A stretch of DNA of 64,000 nucleotides from an uncultured Verrucomicrobiae bacterium. GTDB lineage: Bacteria > Verrucomicrobiota > Verrucomicrobiia > Chthoniobacterales > UBA10450. A program made the position numbers and the translations under genes. Shown piece by piece: positions 63,055-64,000 of this stretch. The number at the start of each line of letters is the position of its first letter. Position 1 is the stretch's first letter. The notes beneath the pieces are model-generated. The model ran no database searches. It was not told the origin of the DNA and saw only the letters and a program-made list of their open reading frames with translations. The DNA lies in assembly GCA_963801815.1 (NCBI GenBank), contig CAWDGJ010000002.1:224001-288000 (forward strand), written 5' to 3'.

Positions 63055-64000
63055 TTAGTGCTTCGATGCCGGCGTCGCGTCGGCAACTTTCCAGGCTGCG
63101 CGGAATTGGCGATCGACCTGGTCGGCCTCGTAATTTCGATTCTGCGCTTTTAACGCGTCCCGCAACCCACCCAGGGCTCGTCCGTCGCGCGGATTAAGTT
63201 CGAGATCGTCACGGAAGACCTTCTCCGCGTCCGCGGCCTGATTATTAGCGAGCAAGAGTCTTCCGAGCATCGGGCGGACATGCGGGTACCATGCCGGCGG
63301 TTCGCTGTAGCTCAACGCGTCTTCTGACGCTACGGCTTGCTTCAATGATTCGATCGCTGCGTTGTTGTCGCCCCGAGAATGCGCAATTGCGCCGGTCAAG
63401 ATGTTGTCGTGAACCTTAAAGACGTCGGCGACCTTATTGAGCTGGTCGTACATTTTGTCCGGGGGAATTTTCGCGATCAGTTCTCGGAAATCTTTTTGTT
63501 CCTGCTCCGCTTCTGCTGTTTTTCCAGTGCTGGCGAATGCCACACCTCGAAATGAATGCCACACAGCGTTCGTGATCAGAAAGGCTGCATCTGGTCGCGG
63601 AAACTTTAGAAGGTCGTTCCAACGCTCAAAAGCGAACAACACCACCATCGGCGTCGGCAGAAATCCTTCCAGATCCGGCATCGCCTTAACGCCAGGCGCA
63701 ACGTTGGTCACTAGCTTTGCCGCGGCGTCGCGCGCTTCGGCAAAATTTCCATCCATGCACGCGGCGAACGCGAGGAAATGCATGTTGTGGCTATAATACA
63801 TCAACGGATACACGCCTTGTTCGCGTGTCTGACTGAGAAACTTTTTGTCCGCGGCGATAGCAAGCTCGTTGCAATGCGCCGACGCGATATGATCGCCGAC
63901 GCGCGAATAGATATGGGCCGGCATGTGGACGAGGTGACCTGCAGCCGGCGCCAGTTTTGCCAAACGCTCCGCGCTGGGCAGCGCGCGCTCCGGATGGGTC
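63055..64000 (-). CDS. TPR-containing protein (5' part outside the window)
   Basis: GHLVHMPAHIY, YYSHNMHFL, YSEPPAWY, AEKVFRDDL..NP. Confidence 0.8.
   Translation of the reverse strand, partial: THPERALPSAERLAKLAPAAGHLVHMPAHIYSRVGDHIASAHCNELAIAADKKFLSQTREQGVYPLMYYSHNMHFLAFAACMDGNFAEARDAAAKLVTNVAPGVKAMPDLEGFLPTPMVVLFAFERWNDLLKFPRPDAAFLITNAVWHSFRGVAFASTGKTAEAEQEQKDFRELIAKIPPDKMYDQLNKVADVFKVHDNILTGAIAHSRGDNNAAIESLKQAVASEDALSYSEPPAWYPHVRPMLGRLLLANNQAADAEKVFRDDLELNPRDGRALGGLRDALKAQNRNYEADQVDRQFRAAWKVADATPASKH

Overview
A 64-kb chromosomal core-genome segment from a moderately GC-rich bacterium, most likely a soil Verrucomicrobiota (Chthoniobacterales, Ca. Udaeobacter-like; inferred from RpoB/RpoC/ribosomal protein character and gene content, not tested). 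It carries rplA-rplJ-rplL-rpoB-rpoC, rpsB-tsf, the NHEJ pair ligD-ku, purS-purQ, tyrS, tadA, tRNA-Gln, hppA, the opposite-strand tRNA-Thr-tuf-tRNA-Trp-secE-nusG-rplK operon, ispA, tsaD, an S41 protease, a cobalamin riboswitch with btuB, rfaD, alaS and many transporter, hydrolase and TPR genes. Many genes, including essential ones, have single-base frameshifts typical of unpolished long-read data. I found no CRISPR array, integrase, prophage or intact transposase. The most notable observations are: (1) rplK and rplA are split 31 kb apart in inverted orientation, and rplA has its own promoter and an L1-binding leader; (2) several small non-autonomous repeat families (7-nt-period hairpins, an 18-bp GGTCCGAGCCGGACTGGC-like motif, GTAG-type REPs, a GGTGGATCG-ended MITE) sit in translation-operon spacers, coding regions and the riboswitch; (3) the cobalamin riboswitch has non-canonical motifs, three inserted repeats and an apparently intact kissing loop; (4) AlaRS carries a roughly 55-aa insertion with atypical codon usage; (5) a synonymously diverged relic of a second ligase 3' end lies between ligD and ku; (6) an unexplained, highly structured 240-nt spacer precedes two EamA genes; (7) an SRPBCC-like gene has a sigma-54 promoter and enhancer-like palindromes.
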